Source: an uncultured Gemmatimonadales bacterium (GTDB lineage Bacteria > Gemmatimonadota > Gemmatimonadetes > Longimicrobiales > Longimicrobiaceae). From it: a DNA stretch of 64,000 nt. This document shows positions 61,054 through 64,000 of the stretch, piece by piece; the stretch's first letter is position 1; the number at the start of each line of letters is the position of its first letter. The DNA lies in assembly GCA_963716255.1 (NCBI GenBank), contig OY970303.1, positions 96,001 to 160,000 on the forward strand. Direction: 5' to 3'. The position numbers were made by a program, and so were the translations under genes. Below the pieces are notes generated by a model that saw only the letters and a program-made list of their open reading frames with translations, made no database searches and was not told the DNA's origin.

Positions 61054-62055
61054 TCAATCAGACCCGGAAATCTCGACGACGGAATGGTCGCCGACGTCCA
61101 CCTTCCCCTTCACACCCCTGAGGACGACGTTGCTGCCGACCAGCGAGTGGGACAGCTCGCTCCCCTCGATGGTGCTCTTCTCGCCCACGATGGTGTGGCT
61201 GAGGCGCGAGCGGCGCACCACGCTCCCGGCCGACAGGGTCACGTTGGGCCCGATCTCGGCGTCCTCCAGCTCCACCCCGTCGGCCACGTGCACCGGCTCG
61301 TGCACCGTGACGTTCCTGCCGCCCACGGGAAGCTTGCCGCGCGTGGTGGACAGCACGTGCTGGTTGGTCTCCAGCAGCGTTTCCGGCTTGCCGGCGTCGT
61401 ACCACCCCTCGATGGCGATGGTCTTGATCTTCGCCCCGTGGTCCACCATGTACTGGAAGGCGTCCGTCAGGTAGTACTCGCCGGTCCCGCCCGGGGGCGA
61501 GTCCATGACGTGGCGGATCCCCTCGAACAGGAGCTTCCAGTCGCGCATGTAGTACAGGCCGATGTTGGCGAGCCTGGAGATGGGCTCGGTGGGCTTCTCG
61601 ATGATGCGCTGCATGAAGCCCTGCTCGTCGGTGACGATGACGCCGAAGCGCTGGTAGTCCTCCACCTCCTTGGCCCAGATCACCCCGGCCACGTCCGCGG
61701 GGAGCGTCTTCACCACGGACAGGTCGGCGTCGAAGAGCGTGTCCACGAAGATGATGAGCAGCTCGTCGTCGGCGTACGGCTCGGCCAGCCGCACGGCGTC
61801 GGCGGTCCCCAGCTGCTCGGTCTGCTCCACGTACACGGCCTTGAAGTCCGGGTACTCCCGCTCCATGTACTCCTGGACCCTGTCCTTGAGGTGGCCGGTG
61901 ATCACCACCGCCTCGTCGACCCCCAGCTCGCGCAGGTCGTCCAGGATGTAGCTCATCACCGGCTTGTCCCCCACCCTGAGCAGGGGCTTGGGGGTGACGT
62001 GCGTGTGCGGGCGCAGGCGGGTGCCCTTGCCGGCGAGCGGGATGACGACTTTCAC
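61054..62055 (-). CDS. Sugar-phosphate nucleotidyltransferase
   Basis: IPLAGKGTRLRPHT..PKPL, EKP, GEYYLTDA, WYDAG, beta-helix tail. Confidence 0.92.
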   Translation of the reverse strand: MKVVIPLAGKGTRLRPHTHVTPKPLLRVGDKPVMSYILDDLRELGVDEAVVITGHLKDRVQEYMEREYPDFKAVYVEQTEQLGTADAVRLAEPYADDELLIIFVDTLFDADLSVVKTLPADVAGVIWAKEVEDYQRFGVIVTDEQGFMQRIIEKPTEPISRLANIGLYYMRDWKLLFEGIRHVMDSPPGGTGEYYLTDAFQYMVDHGAKIKTIAIEGWYDAGKPETLLETNQHVLSTTRGKLPVGGRNVTVHEPVHVADGVELEDAEIGPNVTLSAGSVVRRSRLSHTIVGEKSTIEGSELSHSLVGSNVVLRGVKGKVDVGDHSVVEISGSD

Positions 62056-62274
62056 GCTGGCTCCTCCGTCGGGTGTGCGGTCGGGTGTCGGCGCCGGGTC
62101 GCGGCGTGCCGTGCCGGGCGAGCAGGTTCCGTACCCGGCCCGGCGCGGGCGGCGTAGGATACCACGCCCCGCGCGGGGCCGTCAAATCCGCCGCGCCGCG
62201 CTGTCGCGCGCCCTCCCGCGGCGGTACATTGGGCCCATCCACGTTCCCGTCGTTCCGCCCGTGCCGAGCCGCCC

Positions 62275-62646
62275 ATGCGCCTGCTCCGCGCCCTGACCAC
62301 GAACCGTGCCTGGACCGACCCGGAGTCCGACGACCCGCGGCTCCGGGGGCGGACGTACGGCGTCCCCTTCGCGGCGGTGTGGAGCGCGGCGCTGGCGGAG
62401 GCGGCGGCGAGCGGCTGGACGGTGCTGGAATCGCAGCCGGTGGCCGGCGAGATCCACGCCGAGGCGCGCACCCGCATGTGGAAGTTCGTGGACGACGTGT
62501 GGATCCGGCTGTCGCTGGACGGCAACGGCCAGACCCGGGTGGACCTGGTGTCGGCATCGCGGGTGGGGCGGGGCGACCTGGGGACCAACGCGAGAAGGAT
62601 TGCCCGGTTCTTGCGGGGGGTCGACCGCCGCCTGAACGGCAAGTGA
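62275..62646 (+). CDS. DUF1499-like protein
   Basis: FVDDVWIR and SASRVGRGDLGTNARRI. Confidence 0.82.
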   Translation: MRLLRALTTNRAWTDPESDDPRLRGRTYGVPFAAVWSAALAEAAASGWTVLESQPVAGEIHAEARTRMWKFVDDVWIRLSLDGNGQTRVDLVSASRVGRGDLGTNARRIARFLRGVDRRLNGK

Positions 62647-62677
62647 TGGACTGACAACCGCATAGACCGGACCGACG

Positions 62678-64000
62678 ATGCCAGCCAAGACAGGTACCCA
62701 GGCCCAGGAGCGGGTGCTTCTCCTCCCGGTGCGCAGCACGGTGGTGTTTCCGCAGGGGGCGACGGCGCTCCAGATCGGCTTCGAGCCCAACGTGGCGGGG
62801 CTGAACGCGCACCCGGCGGCGGACCTGATCGTGGGCATCGTCTCCATCGCGGACGAGACCTCGGCCGCGGACGCGCCGCTGGAGCCCGAGTCCATGCAGA
62901 AGGTCGCCGTGCTGGGGCGCCTCCTGGACCGGCTCAACCTCCCCGGCGGCACCATCCAGACCACGCTTCAGGGGCTGCGGCGGGTGCGCCTGGAGGACGT
63001 GCGGATGGAGGAGGGCGGCTTCTACACGGCGGCGTACCGGCGCGTGGAGGAGGTCCCGGCGGAGGAGGCGGAGGCGGAGCGCCTGATCGAGAAGATCCTG
63101 AGCACCGTGGTGGGGGTGGCGGCCAAGGTGGAGCGCATCCCCAACGAGGTGCCGCGCATCCTGCGCATGAACCTGAGCGACCCCTCGCGCTTCGCGGACC
63201 TGGCGGCCTCGCTCTGCCACTTCAACGTCCCCGACCGCGACGCGGTGCTCCAGCGGCTGGACGTCGCGGACCGCCTGCGCTTCGTGCTGGAGCGGCTGGA
63301 GGACACCTGGGAGCGGGTGCAGACCATCGAGGAGGAGGACCGCCTGGTGGGGAACCAGGCGGCGGAGAACACCTCGCCCAAGAGCCCCGCCGACCGCCGC
63401 TCGCAGATCCGCAAGCGCATCCAGGCGCTCCAGACCGAGCTGGGGGAGATCGACCCGGCGGAGCGCGAGGCGGACGAGATCCTGCGCCGCGTGGAGCGCG
63501 CCGGGGTCCCGGCGCGGGTGGCCGCCGTGGCCCGCCGCGAGACGGAGCGCCTGCGCGCCCCCGGCACCAGCGTCGCCGACGCCACCGAGATCCGCAACTA
63601 CCTGGAGCTGCTCCTCGCCGTCCCCTGGACCGCGACCTCCGGGAACCGCGAGATCGACCTGGACGCGGTGGAGCAGGCCATGACGGACGAGCACCTGGGG
63701 CTGGAGGAGGCCAAGCGGCGGGTGCTGGAGGTGCTGGCGGTGGCGCGGCTGCGCGGCGAGCTGAACGGGCTGATCCCCTGCATCGTGGGCCCGCCGGGGG
63801 TGGGCAAGGCCACGCTCGCGTCGGCGATCGCCCGCGGGCTGGGGCGGCCGCTGGCGCGCCTGGAGCTGGGCGGCCGCGGCGAGGCGCAGCTCATGGGCTC
63901 GCGGCGCACCCGCGCCGGCGCGCAGCCCGGCAAGCTGCTCACCACCATCCGCGACGCGGGGGTGCGCGACCCGGTGTTCCTGCTGGAGGAGGTGGACGAG
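62678..64000 (+). CDS. lon: Lon protease-like protein (runs off window; ATPase motifs degenerate)
   Basis: Not in ORF track; my translation gives LLPVRSTVVFP, IRNYLELLLAVPW, EHLGLEEAKRRVLE, GPPGVGKAT, PVFLLEEVD. Confidence 0.85.
   Translation, partial: MPAKTGTQAQERVLLLPVRSTVVFPQGATALQIGFEPNVAGLNAHPAADLIVGIVSIADETSAADAPLEPESMQKVAVLGRLLDRLNLPGGTIQTTLQGLRRVRLEDVRMEEGGFYTAAYRRVEEVPAEEAEAERLIEKILSTVVGVAAKVERIPNEVPRILRMNLSDPSRFADLAASLCHFNVPDRDAVLQRLDVADRLRFVLERLEDTWERVQTIEEEDRLVGNQAAENTSPKSPADRRSQIRKRIQALQTELGEIDPAEREADEILRRVERAGVPARVAAVARRETERLRAPGTSVADATEIRNYLELLLAVPWTATSGNREIDLDAVEQAMTDEHLGLEEAKRRVLEVLAVARLRGELNGLIPCIVGPPGVGKATLASAIARGLGRPLARLELGGRGEAQLMGSRRTRAGAQPGKLLTTIRDAGVRDPVFLLEEVDE

Overview
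Very GC-rich bacterial DNA; gene content and style suggest Gemmatimonadota (Longimicrobium-like), which is an inference. No rRNA, tRNA or CRISPR array seen. Left to right: (1) a signalling cluster of a ZU5-like lipoprotein ending in HFS-peptide, a small lipoprotein with a matching peptide, a GGDEF-STAND-TPR protein, a GAFTGA-less sigma54-type regulator and a TPR-HD-GYP protein; (2) small metabolic genes and a complete IS5-family element; (3) a divergent toxin-like locus (MBL-fold protein split by Ala-rich inserts, Zn-repeat dual nuclease, two LysM/PG-binding paralogues); (4) an aerobic 2-aminobenzoate (abm-like) catabolic cluster interrupted by an inverted-repeat-flanked DUF559 gene; (5) a Cys-rich/DUF1360 operon; (6) a ~10 kb island bounded by a duplicated ArsC-family gene. 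The island encodes a CHAT protease and an inactive-STAND-like protein sharing an amyloid-like motif, a duplicated poly-SPFH-like protein and a ZorA/ZorB-like MotAB pair, and is the best candidate for an undescribed defence system; (7) housekeeping-type genes, a VioB-like/kelch pair and a Lon with degenerate ATPase motifs. Three families of structured intergenic repeats are dispersed through the window, two with clear compensatory base changes. All product calls come from motifs recognised by eye, not from database searches.
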